A DNA stretch of 64,000 nt from Ruditapes philippinarum. Taxonomy: Eukaryota. The translations under genes were made by a program, and so were the position numbers. The stretch lies in NCBI RefSeq assembly GCF_026571515.1, contig NW_026861840.1, positions 434,001 to 498,000 of the forward strand, given 5' to 3'. The notes below the pieces were generated by a model. That model was not told where the DNA came from. It saw only the letters and a program-made list of their open reading frames with translations, and made no database searches. Shown one piece after another: positions 25,826-39,979 of the stretch. Within the stretch, counting starts at the first letter, position 1; every line of letters begins with the position of its first letter.

Positions 25826-26720
25826 TGTATTTTACTGAATCTTAAAGCGTCCAGTCTTTGTTTTATTCTGAATCTTCAAGCGGCCAATCTATATGTTTTA
25901 TTCTACTGAATCTTAAAGCGGCCAATCTATAGATTTTATTCTACTAAATCTTAAAGCGACCAGTCTCTATGTTTTATTCTACTGAATCTTAAAGCGTCCA
26001 GTCTCTGTTTTTTTCTACTGAATCTTCAAGCGGCCAATCTATATGTTTTTTTCTACTGAATCTTCAAGCGTCCAGTCTCTGTTTTATTCTACTGAATCTT
26101 CAAGCGTCCAGTCTCTGTTTTATTCTACTGAATCTTAAAGCGACCAGTCTCTGTTGTATTTTACTGAATCTTAAAGCGTCCAGTCTTTGTTTTATTCTGA
26201 ATCTTCAAGCGGCCAATCTATATGTTTTATTCTACTGAATCTTAAAGCGGCCAATCTATAGATTTTATTCTACTAAATCTTAAAGCGACCAGTCTCTATG
26301 TTTTATTCTATATAATCCTAAAGCGTCCAGTGTCTAGGTTTTTATTCTACTGAATCTTAAAGCGACCAGTCTTGTTTAATTCTTCTGAATCTTAAAGCGG
26401 CAAGTCTCAAGGTTTTGTTCTATATACAAATGTAATCTTAAAGCGACCAGTCTCTATGTTTTATTCTACTGAATCTTAAAGCGTCAATTCTCTAAGTTTA
26501 ATTCTACTGAATCTTAAAACGTCCAGCCTCTAGGTTTTATTCTATATAATCTTAAAGCGACCAGTCTCCTTGTTTTATTCTACTGAATCTTAAAGCGTCC
26601 AGCCTCTAGGTTTTACTCTTTATAATCTTAAAGGTTTTATTCTATAAAATATTAAAGCGTCCAGTCTCTAGTTTTTCTTCTACTGAATCTTATAGCAGCT
26701 AGTCTCTCAGTTTTATTCTT
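25826..26720. repeat. ~36-38-bp satellite, block 2, with an internal higher-order duplication
   Basis: Same unit as block 1; a multi-unit variant pattern at ~25826-26000 recurs at ~26156-26330. Confidence 0.92.
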
Positions 26721-27153
26721 CTTTATATTTCTTTAATGTCATGTTGATCATATGCAGGGGTCTGTATATGATGTCAATATGATTCTCGTAACGGTTTCAC
26801 ATTATAAAGGGAAGTAAATGTATATTCTCTAACTTTCAAATTTCAAGAGTTATTTCCCTTTACCCTATCTCTAAGTTATAAATATACAAATTGTATGTAA
26901 TACTTTAATCAAAGTAAAAACTGGGAAGGTTGGGAAGGTCAGGAGGGCATTATCATTTGGAAATTTGGAATAATTCAAAGTGAAACATGTGAAAACTTAT
27001 ATATATAATAGAAACAATCTATCATCTTTTAACTTTTTTATTCAAAAAACAAAAACAGAATGAAACATCTTGTACAAACAAACTATACAAAGACATATCA
27101 AAATTGCACTATTTATGCTATGCACTAATTATATTTTAAACATTTAATGTCTT

Positions 27154-29282
27154 TTAATAATACACAGCTTCATAATTATTTGGATTTCTTCTGGCCTTTT
27201 CGTAGGAAGAACTATTTGTGACTTTATCATAGAAGTTCAAGAAACTGGCCAGATTATCTCTGTCAACGTTTGATAGAAATTCACTCATTGATTCATCGAC
27301 AGGTACTCCTTCGTCGGCGAAATCCGCACATGATTTGCTAAGCTGCTCAACAAGTCTATTTTTAGAAACAACCGGATCAGCATCCACTTTCACGCGGTAT
27401 CTAGGCAACGCACTGTATGCTGAATTGTTCCTTGTATTAGATGTTGACTTAGAAATTGGACCACATAACCTTTGATCAAGCTGGGAATCAGACAGAGTGA
27501 GAAATGGTCTTCGTTTCCAATCCTGAGATTTTGACATTTTATTACTTGGGATTATTTCTTGGCCGGCATCATGTGTCACAGGGGCTTGAACTGATTTCCG
27601 TTTCCACTCATTGTCAGATTTTCTTTCGATCACATGTACATCTCCCTCGGAACTACTCCTCTGAACTCTTTGTGGAGTCTGAATGCCCCAGAAAGAATCT
27701 TGTTCTATATTCGACGGTTTCTCAAAGTTTTTCTTAATAGACAAAACACTTTTTCCCATTTCACTGGACACATTTACACGTTTTGTGAGTTTTCTATATG
27801 CTACGTTCTCAGAACCTTGTTTCGGTGTTGAACTTTTTGGAACACTGACTTGTTCTCCCCACTTAGTCCACACATTGAAGACCTTGTGACCGTTAGGCAC
27901 CAAGCGTTTCTCTTCCCCTGACGATTCAAACGATGACGATGACAAATAACCGGATGTATTGGAATCCGTGTCAGATCGCGTTGACCCACATTCTGAACCA
28001 ATCACACTCGGCGTTACAGATTTCACGCGCTCCTCTCGAGACTCATTCTGCATCCCCGTTACACAAAACACTCGTCCCATGTTGGATCTACCGGAAGTCA
28101 TGTTGCGTCCAGTCTAAAAATAGAAAAGATGTAAAATATCAGTATTGCAACATTACAAGTTTATAATATAAACATAATAATAGCGTTACAACTAACATAA
28201 TTGTGAAAAAATATTTAACGTTTCGTATTTCATATACATATGTCAAAGTACGACACAGCTGTTTTATTTGTATATACGCATCAAGTATTTGCAGTCAGGT
28301 TATTTATTTACCCAGTGTCTTTCAAAAAAGACTCTGATTTTTACAAGTTTGTTAAACAAAGCAAAACAAATAAAAGTCAACTTGAATTTATCCTCTACTT
28401 ACGCAATATAGTTTTAAGTAAATATATCCCAATTATTCTATATTTTTACTTTTTAAAACAAAATTTCTACAGTATGTCCTTCGCATGCGACTTGACAATG
28501 TAAAATGAAGTGCGCCGTTCGGCTATTTAAATGCCAATTTACATTGTTTGAAGGCTTCGCATAACTTGAGATCGGATGAAACCCTGGCATATGTTTTAAC
28601 AATTGGACATAATAATTGCTTCTAATTGTTTAATATTACCTACAACCGTGCAAACAATAGATTGCAAATCTTCACAAAAGGGTTTTCAGACACAGCTATT
28701 GTATGTGATCACAGTTTTACAAACACGTCAAGTTAGCCTTGATGGACGATAATCGGAAGTAGGAAATATTATAAACTGGTTTAACAATGGGCTTTTCAAA
28801 AAGATAACCAAAGTATCATCAAAATCGAAAATCTTGTTATTATTATTAAATCGTTAAATTGGCTGAATTTACGCGCGAAATATTTCAATTAGCTATTTAT
28901 AATTGATCTAAAAATAAACCTTTTGTTAGATTTTTTTTTTCTAAAGATATAAAAGATCATTTGGTAGGATTTTTTTGTAAACTGTAAGATTAAGATTGTC
29001 TGAATGTAGCATAGGAATGTCATATGTTATTATATCTAATATTAAATGCAAATTATTAAAATAGTTCGTAGTTTTAAAAATGCATAAGTATTTGCAAAAA
29101 AATGAATGCATTAATTTGTTCAGATAAACACCTCTTAAACATTTATTTTATTTTGTATAATAGAAATTAAATGCAAAAATAATTCATATGTATTTAAGAA
29201 ACAACTGCACACATGATTTCACTATGTTACTAATGTATTTAAAATAATTTATATTTACCTTATGTTTTGATATAACCGGCAT
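27154..29282 (-). CDS. Uncharacterised Ser-rich protein, 2 exons, ~327 aa
   Basis: Main ORF 28101-27154 is preceded by acceptor cttttctatttttag|28113. An upstream exon 29282-29259 (MPVISKHK, donor AG|gtaaat) joins in frame. TATAAA at 29389-29384; AATAAA at ~27042-27037. Confidence 0.75.
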
Positions 29283-29383
29283 TGTTGATTGTCGTACTGT
29301 AATCTCTCGATAAATAATGATAAAATAGTTGTATGGTTTGGAAGATATCATAAAATGATGAAGGTCCAGTACTGGTCAGTGGT

Positions 29384-29389
29384 TTTATA
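29384..29389 (-). promoter_or_regulatory. Candidate TATA box of the 327-aa gene
   Basis: TATAAA ~100 nt upstream of the exon-1 ATG. Confidence 0.4.
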
Positions 29390-32003
29390 GTTTAACCGTC
29401 TTGACATTCCCAGGTTACTCAAATAAAGCAGCTGTGAATCCTACAACAGAATCGTGGCATACGGTTAATGACACCATAAAATTACATGTTTTTCACACCC
29501 TTTATTATTCTGAAAGGCGCTTTAAATAAATTAATTGTTTGTTTCTTGTTAATTGCGATGCGCGTGAAAGCCGTGAAGAAAACGCTCGTGTCAAAAATTT
29601 AGAGTACTCTCGTGCTGTCAAGTACTAATTTAACTTAGCACTAATTGTCAGAAGTGTCTATCCGAACTTTATGATAGTTTAATTGGGGACTGATTAATTA
29701 AATCATTGTTCATTTATTGCTTTACAATGGCGTGGAAAAGAATTGAAAAAATTGGACCGAACGTCTTTTGTAAGTATAAATGATTGGTAAATAAAAGATA
29801 AGTTTTTACTGAAAAATAGACACTGATTTTAAGAATAATGAAATAAATAAAGTGTTAATAAATAGTATTTATTTGAGTGTAATAAGTAATAATTGGCAGT
29901 CTATTTATAAGTTAGAACATCCAAATGTTAAACCATTATTGCTCGTTAAACAATAAAAACAACATATGATTTATTTTAACTGTGTGAAAAAAAGGAAAAA
30001 CGAAAAGGAATTTTGAGAGACATATAGATATACAAAGTTTAACATATATAAAATAGTCAACAGATAGTAGAAAAATGCAGTTGCTTAAGGTATGTATGGT
30101 TTTTAAATATTCTATGTAATATATATTATATTAAATGTTTTTCAACTGTATCATTTTCAAACGAGATTGCATGTTCAGTCAGTTATCAAACATCCAGGGA
30201 AAAAAAAAGAAAACTAATCTTGACATAAAGGGTATCATACAAATTGTTTACAACAAATGTTACATTTTAAACACTCATTTACGGAACAGTTGTGATACAG
30301 TTAACAAAACATACATTACTGTCAGTGCTGCTGTACTTAAAACAGTAAAATGACATCAAAATGTCAATATGATACATAATAAATGTCAAATTCTTTTAGT
30401 TATTTTCAAATTTTAAGAATAGAAAAAATGATACACATATAAACTTATTTAGAATTACCTTTAAACCTCGGTGGTGATCAGCGTAAATTTTAACAAAATC
30501 GTTGTACTTCCATTTTAATACACGGTACGCTGTTCAACTTCTTCTTCTTTGTAATCATTTAAAGCAACATTATAATTTCTAAGACAAACTAATATTATTA
30601 ATTGTATAATCTGACAGTTTAAGTACCATGACATTGATGTATCAGTTTATAAAACAGGAATTTATGTTAAAATTTCATGTCAAGGGAGGGATGCTTTTAA
30701 TTGCCTTGAAGCAACTCGAACATTTCTGACACCTAGATTGTTGTGTCGAACCCCTTGTGACACTGACAAGATGCACCCCTATCATCAGTACGAGAACCAA
30801 GAAAAAACTTGACAAAAATGATAAATATTGTAAAAATAGGCGCTTACGATTTAAGTGAAATAATATCTTTATTTTAAACAGGTAACACATGGAGAAGATC
30901 TTAATTGTAAATGTGTCCTTCTTTACAATAAATAAAAATACAACATTTAAACAGTGAAAGTATCTGTAACAAATGGAGAAAAGGAACGCTGATTACATGA
31001 CTGCTAAAAAGGTTTTGCATATTTGTTAAAAAAATATACCAAAGCACGTTAATCAAGTAGCAGTAACACTAATTCTAATTATACATACAATTTGTAGATT
31101 ATTTTAGCTTTCTGACGCAATGACTCATAGTTTAAAATCTGGGACAAAAAAAAAATGGCCGAGGTTTAGTTAAAATACTAAACTTCTTTTATTGATAAAT
31201 ATGATTCATGTATTTAAATTAGCAGTATTTTCTTTTTTTCTCTTTTTTTTAAAAAAAAAAACACTGGACGCAGAATGTTTTTTTTATAAAGATCATGCTC
31301 CGATAATGTTAGAGCACTTGACATCATGTCAAAAAAGTCATTTAACAATGTCGATGTCCATGAAGATTGTACAAGAAGATTTCATTTTAACACCGTTTAA
31401 TGATCAACAATCGATGGATGTATCAAAAGAGGGAGCTTCGGTGTTATCGTTTTGAAGATCGAACATTTTTTGTCAACAATGCAGTTAAATTAAAGACTAA
31501 GAGACGTTAGTCACTAGCTACATGTAGATTACATTGTTTACACTTGTCAAAATATTTTCTAAACGATTTAAAAGTTAGTCTTTGATTTTAAACAACTGTC
31601 TAGCAATTAAGATCTGTATCGGAGTGGTCAAGAATTTATACACGAGATTAACGTGCGAGGTTGTACCTACCTCGAGATACATTGAACGACGATATGTTTT
31701 TCAAATAACAAAACAAGATTTATGCATCAAACTATAGAACGTGAATTGTAATTTAGACCGTACCATGTTCACAGTCACCCAAAACCTACCCGAGTCCGTC
31801 TATTTGCGGAACACGAATTGTTTTATTTTAAAAAATGTTTTTTTTTTATTATTATTTTTAACCAAATATGTAAATTGACATATATTTGAAGGTCGTTTGA
31901 TATTTAGATCTAGACTTAACTTTCAACAATATTTGGATTTAAGAAACGATTTTTTTTAGATTATCCGTTCAATAAACTTATCTAACAATAATATCGTGAA
32001 TCA

Positions 32004-32140
32004 TGGCCGAGTGGTTCGTGGGTTCAAACCCCGTCTGGGGCAAGCCGTTGTTTCCATGAGCAAGAAACTTTCCCCTCACTACTTAGTATCGGTTGGTTCC
32101 AGGAACAGATTCGAGAGTGTTTCAATAAGCTTATAGCTTC
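32004..32140 (+). mobile_element. tRNA-derived SINE with an internally deleted head (family different from 42823)
   Basis: tggccgagtggt (A box) fused to gggttcaaaccc (B box), followed by body gtttccatgagcaagaaactt...gttccaggaacagattcgag. Confidence 0.6.
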
Positions 32141-32693
32141 AAACACAAGTTCGTACAAAGTATTTTTTATCTATAGTTTCTGTTTGATATTATGATTGTG
32201 CAAAAGCACCATTTTAAAAGAAACATCATGACTAAATGAAAACATGACTGTCTTAAACGACTGCCTTATTAGATGTTAAGTTTTAACTTATCTTAAACGG
32301 GGACGGAAATTTGATAGCGTAAAAAGGCTAAACGGTGAAAGAGTAATGTAGACATTTTTTTTATTGCATTTCAATTCTGATATCACGATTAGGAAATGTT
32401 ACAAAAAGCTTAATTATTTTTATCTGATCATATCTTTAAAGATTACCTTGTAATAAAAACATATTTTACAATGTAACAGCACACGATTAGAAAAAGTCCC
32501 GAAAGATCTAAACAGGTCCCCTATCAATTATCCCCTTGTTGATCCTGATCTTATCTGATGAAAACGTTTGAAGTTTTAAGGGTCAAATATCAATTATCAC
32601 ACAAAATGCTGACCCCTAGGGCTCAATTAGTCATTACGTCGTAAAACTCGGACTGACGTTCCATCAATAAAGCACCTCAGCAGCCACCTTAAA

Positions 32694-32860
32694 TATAAAG
32701 CAGCATTTATTTCTTGTCAAAACTGATCGACTTGTAATTATTTAAATAACGACACTTAAAAAAACTGAAGCAGTTATGAAATGAGCGCGCATGTGAGTGG
32801 AATAGTATTCGGATACTAATCATATCATTATTTTTCGGATATCTTTAAAACACAGTTGAT
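32694..32860 (+). promoter_or_regulatory. Candidate TATA box and non-coding first exon of the RA-domain gene
   Basis: TATAAA at 32694-32699; strong donor gat|GTAAGT at 32861; downstream acceptor tttcag|ATG at 34206/34207. Confidence 0.45.
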
Positions 32861-34084
32861 GTAAGTGATTTTTTTGTCTGTTTGATTGAAAATGAAAGCA
32901 TAAATATAACACTTATCTCTTGAATACACTCTAAAAGTGAAAGTTACTTTATACATGTAAGGTATTGTTAAACCGTTAGTTACATAGATGGAATAAAGTT
33001 ATATTAGAAATTGTTTGCAAGTAAGCTACTAAAGTGTATCTTTTATATTCGTATTGTCTGTAAATGGATTATGTAACAATTTCATATTGTTGTTTTTTTT
33101 CTCCATATTTAAGAGACTGCTTTGAAATATTGACAATGCAAAAAACGCTAGGTTATATTTTAAACACAATTGCAAGCTTTTAATATTTCTTTATAGATTT
33201 CTTTTGTCCTTTTTTGTCGCTTTCAATATCTAAATAACAACGCGACAAGTAGCTAGAAATGAACAGTTGTCTTTTATAGAATAATGTCACGGTGACATAT
33301 ATAAAACAATGTACTTGTACGTATAAGCAAAAATAACAAATCTATCTTAATTAATGGTTTTACTTGAATCAATAATTACATAAATTGTTTTTGAGAGGTT
33401 TGGTATAAGAATGCACCAAACTTGTGGGATTTAGAATCGTTTCACAGTTGATATCATATTATTATAACCGTCAAAATATTTTTTTTTTAATTTTCAAATT
33501 TTGAATATTTCGGGATTTTAATATTAAATCTACACTCTAAACGTTAAATTTAAATTATTCTTATATAAATAATCTTATTTCTATTCATTTCAATGAAATG
33601 TGTATGCTATCAATTAATAATACAGAGAACGACTCCTTTCATCTGGAAGGAGGAGGGTCATAAGTCAGTCATTATGGTGAATGTCGAGCTGTCATTATAT
33701 GATATTAAATATTAATGGTACAGCCAGAATATTTGACTTGTTTCGTCGCCAACACTTCCACAGTCTAAACGGCTCGTGTTACGTCATTATTATAAATTGA
33801 CGACATCATAAAATATTCATAAAGTCAGACAATAGATATTTAACTGTGTGATCACATACTTTGTTAGGCGACGCATAGTAACACAACCATTGCATGAATT
33901 ATGTGAAAATACCAGATTTTAAACTCGAGTCTGAAAAAGAAAGTTTACGACAATATTTAAAAAGGTTTAAATTATATCATTTCACAAATAGTTTGCAACA
34001 AAAAATACATTGTATATAATTTTTAATTCTTGCTGTTTTTCTAATATGCATGTATATCTATATTTTAACTGTATCACCTAACTG

Positions 34085-34203
34085 TTTAATAATTATATTT
34101 TCATATTAAATCACTACATTTCATATTAAATCACTATATTTCATATTAAATCACTATATTTCATTTTAAATCACTATACATATTTCATATTTAATCACTA
34201 TTT
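34085..34203. repeat. ~20-bp tandem repeat abutting the splice acceptor
   Basis: atttcatattaaatcacta(c/t) repeated ~5-6 times. Confidence 0.85.
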
Positions 34204-34206
34204 CAG

Positions 34207-35860
34207 ATGGCCGATGTTCTACATCTAAAAGACAAGGGAATTCCGCTGAAAGTAGACGGTTCCATACGATACGTAAAAGGGGCGACAAAGTACACAACAT
34301 GCGCTGACGTCATCAAAATGGTTCTGAAGAAAACCGGGATCAAAAAGGAGTACAGGCATCTTTTTGCCATATATGAAGTTTCACTTAATACAGAAAAGCC
34401 TCTGCCTTGTAAAAGCAGGATTGTTAAAGTGATACAAGCATGGAGAGGGGAGCCGAACAGGTTAGTGCTCCGGAAGTCGGAACCTCTTACCCCGGTTGAA
34501 GTGAAAGACAAACGTAGTAGATGGAACTTGAAGAAAAAATCCACACAACACATATCCGAAACACGAAAACTCCCTGACATAGAAACACTGACATCTCTCG
34601 TTGAAATGGTCGACAAACATAAGAATCGAGTACAACAAGACGCTCGTCCAAATATCGGACAAAGGGAACTGTTTGTGGATAGTACTAGTGATTCGGATAG
34701 CAGCATGGATGAATTCCTTTCAAAACTTGACCATTCAAAGATCAATGGACTTATAAATTTCTTTGCTGCTATTGCAACCAAGAAACATAGAAGACAAACT
34801 TACCGTAGGTCAAATAGCGGATCGACAAATGAATATGCTGACTCATCGGACAGCTCTCCAGTGCGTCCAAGACGACGTAAAGTAAAATGTTCTGCTGCAA
34901 AGAAAACTAAATCTCGAAGCAGCAGAAGTCGAATGATGGAATCAGCAGACGTGCATCCAAATAAAAGACACGCAGTCCAAATGGTAAATTTTGGATTTAT
35001 AGACGTCGAGCCAAGGTCACAAGACAGAGTGTACTCGCTTTCGGAGGGACATTCTTCGGATGAGCAGACGACAGCAGTGCGGCCTCGTTCCGCTAAAATA
35101 GTTTACAGCTCGCAGACGACTCATACCAGCCAAGAGAGAAATGTATTCTGTCCAAGATGACAACCATTTAAACCGAAGACTAAAAACAAGAAGAACTGTC
35201 TTAGAAGAGTCTTGTAGAAGCTTGAATAAACAATACAATATCAGAAGAATGTCCGGAAACTGTCAGGAACTCTGCTGTGAAAGTCCAATTCATAATGTTG
35301 ATTCCGGTCACGGTGAGGAATCCGACTCATCTACTGATTTGGATGCGGCATTTGTGATTAAAAAGAACGCTGGTGACGTCATAAATACGCGTCAATATAT
35401 CGAGACACCGGAACATGGCCGCATTTTCCAAACATTTGTATCTGAGAAGCAAGTAACAAGTTCTGCTAGGAAGCTAGTAGAGTACAGCATTACTGAAGAT
35501 GAATTGGATGCCTCTGAAATTATCGATATAACTTCAACGTCCGAGACAGAGGATGAGGACAGTGAGCATTACATGAATGGTTGTCGGACAGATAAATTCG
35601 AATTTGGAATTAAAACAGAAATAAGTGAAACCGAAAATTGTGCAATATCCCATAATACGCAAGACGAGGTTGGAAAACGAAATGAGTTAAATCATAATGT
35701 TGCTGATTTCATAAAGTCAGTATTTGGAAAGCAAGTGATAAATGAAGATGAAGAAATGAACAGTTTTATGAAATCTATGGTCCTTGATGATTCATCGTCA
35801 GACGAAGGGTTAAGCTCAATGGGCAGTGATTTAGAAAAAGATGTTAGAATACGAGTATGA
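34207..35860 (+). CDS. N-terminal Ras-association (RA) domain protein, N-RASSF (RASSF7-10)-like; the ORF is split by a frameshift between 35102 and 35157
   Basis: IPLKVDGSIRYVKGATKYTTCADVI..IYEVSLNTEKPLP..IVKVIQAW..LVLRK fits the N-RASSF RA domain. ORFs 34207-35160 and 35141-35860 overlap in different frames; removing one base gives ~550 aa. Confidence 0.78.
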
Positions 35861-36390
35861 CGTCTGAACTGTTAACCATTTTAAAGTAGTTCACATATTG
35901 CTTAACAATGTAAAAAACAAACTAAAATTTAGATTTGTTTTATAAAAACAAAAACCGCCTAAGCAAATATTAAAATCCAATTTCCTGATGCTCATTCAGG
36001 TGATATTCAACAAATTCTACTATATATAGGTACCTTCTCCTATTTTTTTCTCTCCTATTGCTCATTCTTGCTATCTTTCTGTCTTGAGTCTCGTGTGACA
36101 TGATAATAGTCACGTGATCTCCTACCAATACCGCATCTTACTATATGTATAATATATGTATATTTTTGTAACTAACTCAATCTGTACAGTGGTAGATACA
36201 TGTATATTCTATATCATTATAATGTTAAATTATATAATATAAAACTGCATTGTATATCATAAATTTATTTTCGTTTTAAAGTCGTATATATGTACATTGT
36301 AATTTAAACTTACGCATTAAGTGCTTATGTAAATAAATACTGATTATAAACTCACTTCTTAGTTTGTTTTATTTTCTACAAATCCTTTAA

Positions 36391-36703
36391 AGCACCATGT
36401 CTCCAGATTCATACTATTTTTTATGGAAATTTTAAGTAAAGTATTGCCTTAAATTGTAACCAAAGAATGCTGTAAGATTTTATGAAAATTATCTATAGGG
36501 CAGAATATGCAAAACATTATTCTAACTGCGTTAGTGAGGCGGCAATAATATGGTTAAACTACGACACAATCAGTCATTTATAGCGAATACAAAAATGTAT
36601 GTACATTATTTGTTGAATTGTGAACATTTTTACTTTTGTTGAAATCTTAGTACATTTTTCTCATTTTTTTGACATATTTTGTCTCAACTGGAGGCATGCA
36701 TCT
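36391..36703. mobile_element. Kolobok-like non-autonomous element (related 5' fragments at ~13765-13915 and ~15020-15200)
   Basis: TTAA flanks; imperfect TIRs agcaccatgtctccag / agatgcatgcctccag; AG..CT termini. Confidence 0.6.
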
Positions 36704-39700
36704 TTAAGCGAATACAAAATGCAAGCATAAAAATTTTGCTTTCTCATATCAATATATATTTAAAAAGTATGTTAATATGAAAAAGCCCATTTTTTTTCAA
36801 AGCCAAAATACATACTAAATAATACACACTAAAGCACTTATGAATACTAAAAGTTTAACGAAATTAGTTCGTTTCACAAAATGCCCTACTATTTTCGGAC
36901 GCCGGCAAAGTTGGGAAATTAAAAAGAAAAGTAGAAATCACTTAACAAGATAATACAATATTAGGAAGTTATTCTTAGTATACGAGTATGACATCAACTA
37001 CGTTGCTGATTTAAACGTTGGTGTGGAGGAACTTTCCATACATTACTTAATGAAATACTTGGAACGTAAAACTATCTATCATAATTATGATAAATAGATG
37101 GAAATCTGCAAGCATTTTAAAAGAATTTGCCATTTACAAGTCCCAACATCCCCTTTCCCCGTATATCATTTTCCATATTGCACGTGATATAAGAAGATAT
37201 TCATCGTCTTGCTTCAGAAAGATTGGTGGTTCTATACAGATGTTGGTTCTATGCAGGAACTCGTCAGTTCGTAAGAAAATGGAAAAATGGCTTTAACAGA
37301 CACTTGGGGATCAGGTTCTCCCTTAACTTGCTCAGCCGCTACCATCTTTTTGTCGATAACTTAATTAACATTCAAATACGAATGGGATGAGATACGGAAA
37401 TATACGAAATATTCCGAAATGACACTCTTTCAACCAATAATTTTATAAATGGAGAACAAGCTTGAAATAGGAAATTACTATTTTTTTCTGTTTTTTTTTT
37501 TATTTCAGTTTATTTTACATTAAATATCAATTTGTTATTTATACTTTAGAGTAAGGGCAAGTACTTCAGTTCGCCGGTACATTTCTAATGATCTAATACG
37601 CAATTAATAAAAACTATAACGATCTTCATCTTATTTTATTCCCCTTAAAATAGCGTCGCATTATTTGCAGCAATGCAACCCTCGACTTCTGGGCACGATG
37701 ACCGCATATTTTAACAAAATAATGGCAAATTGTCGATTTTTAAACGATATTTTATCGCTTTAAAATCATTAAACGGAACATTAACATTATGCTAAACATA
37801 GAATACAAGATGAGGTCAAATTGCTCGCGACAGGAAACAGAACTGCATGCTGGGAGCACGAGAGCGTTCCATTGTAAAATTTAAATTTAAATTAATGACC
37901 TGGGAAGTTTTTAGGGCCAATGTTTTTAATTAAGATGTGACAAAAATGTTGTATTTTGTATGTGTTAATACTTCTATTACATGGAATGTATTCAATATAA
38001 TAACAAAATTTTGAAGGCACATTATAGGCACTTTATGCCTAGGATTATTTTATTTCTTTAGAAGGGGCAAACATGAATTTTATAATGTTTAGAGATGGCA
38101 GATGCTTGTTACCTGACGAAAGTAGCGATATGTGTGAAATAATTTGTCATAAAAGTAACAAAATGTAAAAAAAGTAGTATTTTGACTTTCATTATAACTG
38201 TACTTACTGCCAAAAAAAGATGGTTCAGGTCCTTGGCCAATGGCTAACTTTTTAGGTACACCAGAATTATAAAGCTTTTCAGAAATAAATGAGGCATGAT
38301 GGGCCTTTAAAGACTGAGCGAGGAATTGTAAACTAAAATTTCATAAATACGGTGTTTAAGGAAATAGTTATAAATTGCGTTGCAATTTCAATTTCTACCA
38401 GTTCAACGAGAACAAAACTATTGAAAAGGTTATACAAATAAATAAAACTTCAGACTATTATTAAAACAGCAATTTTTTAACATATACATGTAATAAAACT
38501 ACTAAGAAATGAAGTTCCAGTATTAACACATGTTTATTTAGTTTTATTCATAATAATGTAATTTTTAAAGAGAAATCTTGCCAAGGTAAGTAAACTACAT
38601 GTATGTACTGTACAAAATAATGGAGGTCATGAAACAATGATCGAAAATGTTACGGCTTAGTATATACTTGTTCGTGAAGGCGCAACAACGCTACTTTTGC
38701 CGATTCAAAAAGTTTGACATGTCATACGTTATAAAGAAACATACATGTAATGATGATAAACTATCCTTTTTTGGTACATGTATTCTATGTACAAGTACTT
38801 TGTAGCTTTTTTTCATTGTAATATGTACAAAACATGTACTGTATAGAAGATGTTCGACAGTTGATTATCGCTACGAGATGAGTGGCGGACAAGCTAACTA
38901 CCCGGTCGTAAACTAATTCCATAGTCATTTTAATCACCCTTCCATCACCAAGTAATAGAAGTATCTTTTTTTTTCAAACCCAAAGTAAAGGCTCAACCCT
39001 TTGGAGGGAGCTGGTGAACCCCCCTGCAGAAAGCCCCATCACTGCGATTTGAACTCATCCCGGTCATTTTATTTTGGAGGCAAAAGAAATCCATCGCAGT
39101 ATGGGGCGATGGCGGGGAGGGGGGGGGAGGTAAAACTTCCGACTCATTCATCCGCTATGAACGGGAATGGGGGCTGGGGTTACCATTGGCTCGTGTGTTA
39201 CAAGGGAAAGAAGTGCTCGAAATGATATGACACGAGGTCTTTCTACACTAGTATATACTGTGATATGCTATGGAATCCCAACAGTACAGATTTCACTTTT
39301 AGTATATCTGATATTTTTAGTTTTAAATTAAGAAGACTCGTTATGATGAATAAGAATGTATCGTACGAGAGCAAAAGACGTTATGTTGTGATAATTTTAA
39401 ACGTATTCCTCAATCGATTCGACAATTTATATTCGATATTCACCAAGGCCAAAAAGCCCCAATAATACCAGAGTTTGTGGTGTAACGTGAGAAAAATGTG
39501 TCGCGAGAAATGACATGAAAATTTCATAGGGAAGGAGCTATTAAACTGACAAACATTCGATTTTTCTTGTTTTATACAATATTGAACATAATGGACATCA
39601 AGTGGTCAATCACACACGATCAATTACCTATGAAAGGACCAAGTGTGTGTCTGACATTGTTAGAGACGTGGTGTCTTTATCGTGATGGAAACAGGAATTT

Positions 39701-39979
39701 CGGACGAAGTTTTTTTTTGCGTTCATTATTACTGGCATAGAGTGAAAAATGTGTGCCTCTTTTCAGTTTTAAAACCCGCCCAGGAAGGTCATACATGGTC
39801 AAAATTTACATGAAAACATTTCAGTTAAATCAGTAAGCTAAAAATGATTTTGTCCATCATTCACTTTGGATAAAACTCATTTTTAGGAGGAAAAAAAACA
39901 GTTGCTGAATAGCGAATAAGACGGACTAAGATCAGAACGTCCCGACTGATATATTGGTCTGTACTGGTCGCCTTGGTTA

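Noticed and set aside
34203-34781. 192-aa minus-strand ORF
   Set aside because: Antisense to the RA-domain exon; no independent motif.
39001-39225. GC-rich 74-aa ORF with a G-run
   Set aside because: TTG start, no splice context or motif; probably a TE remnant.
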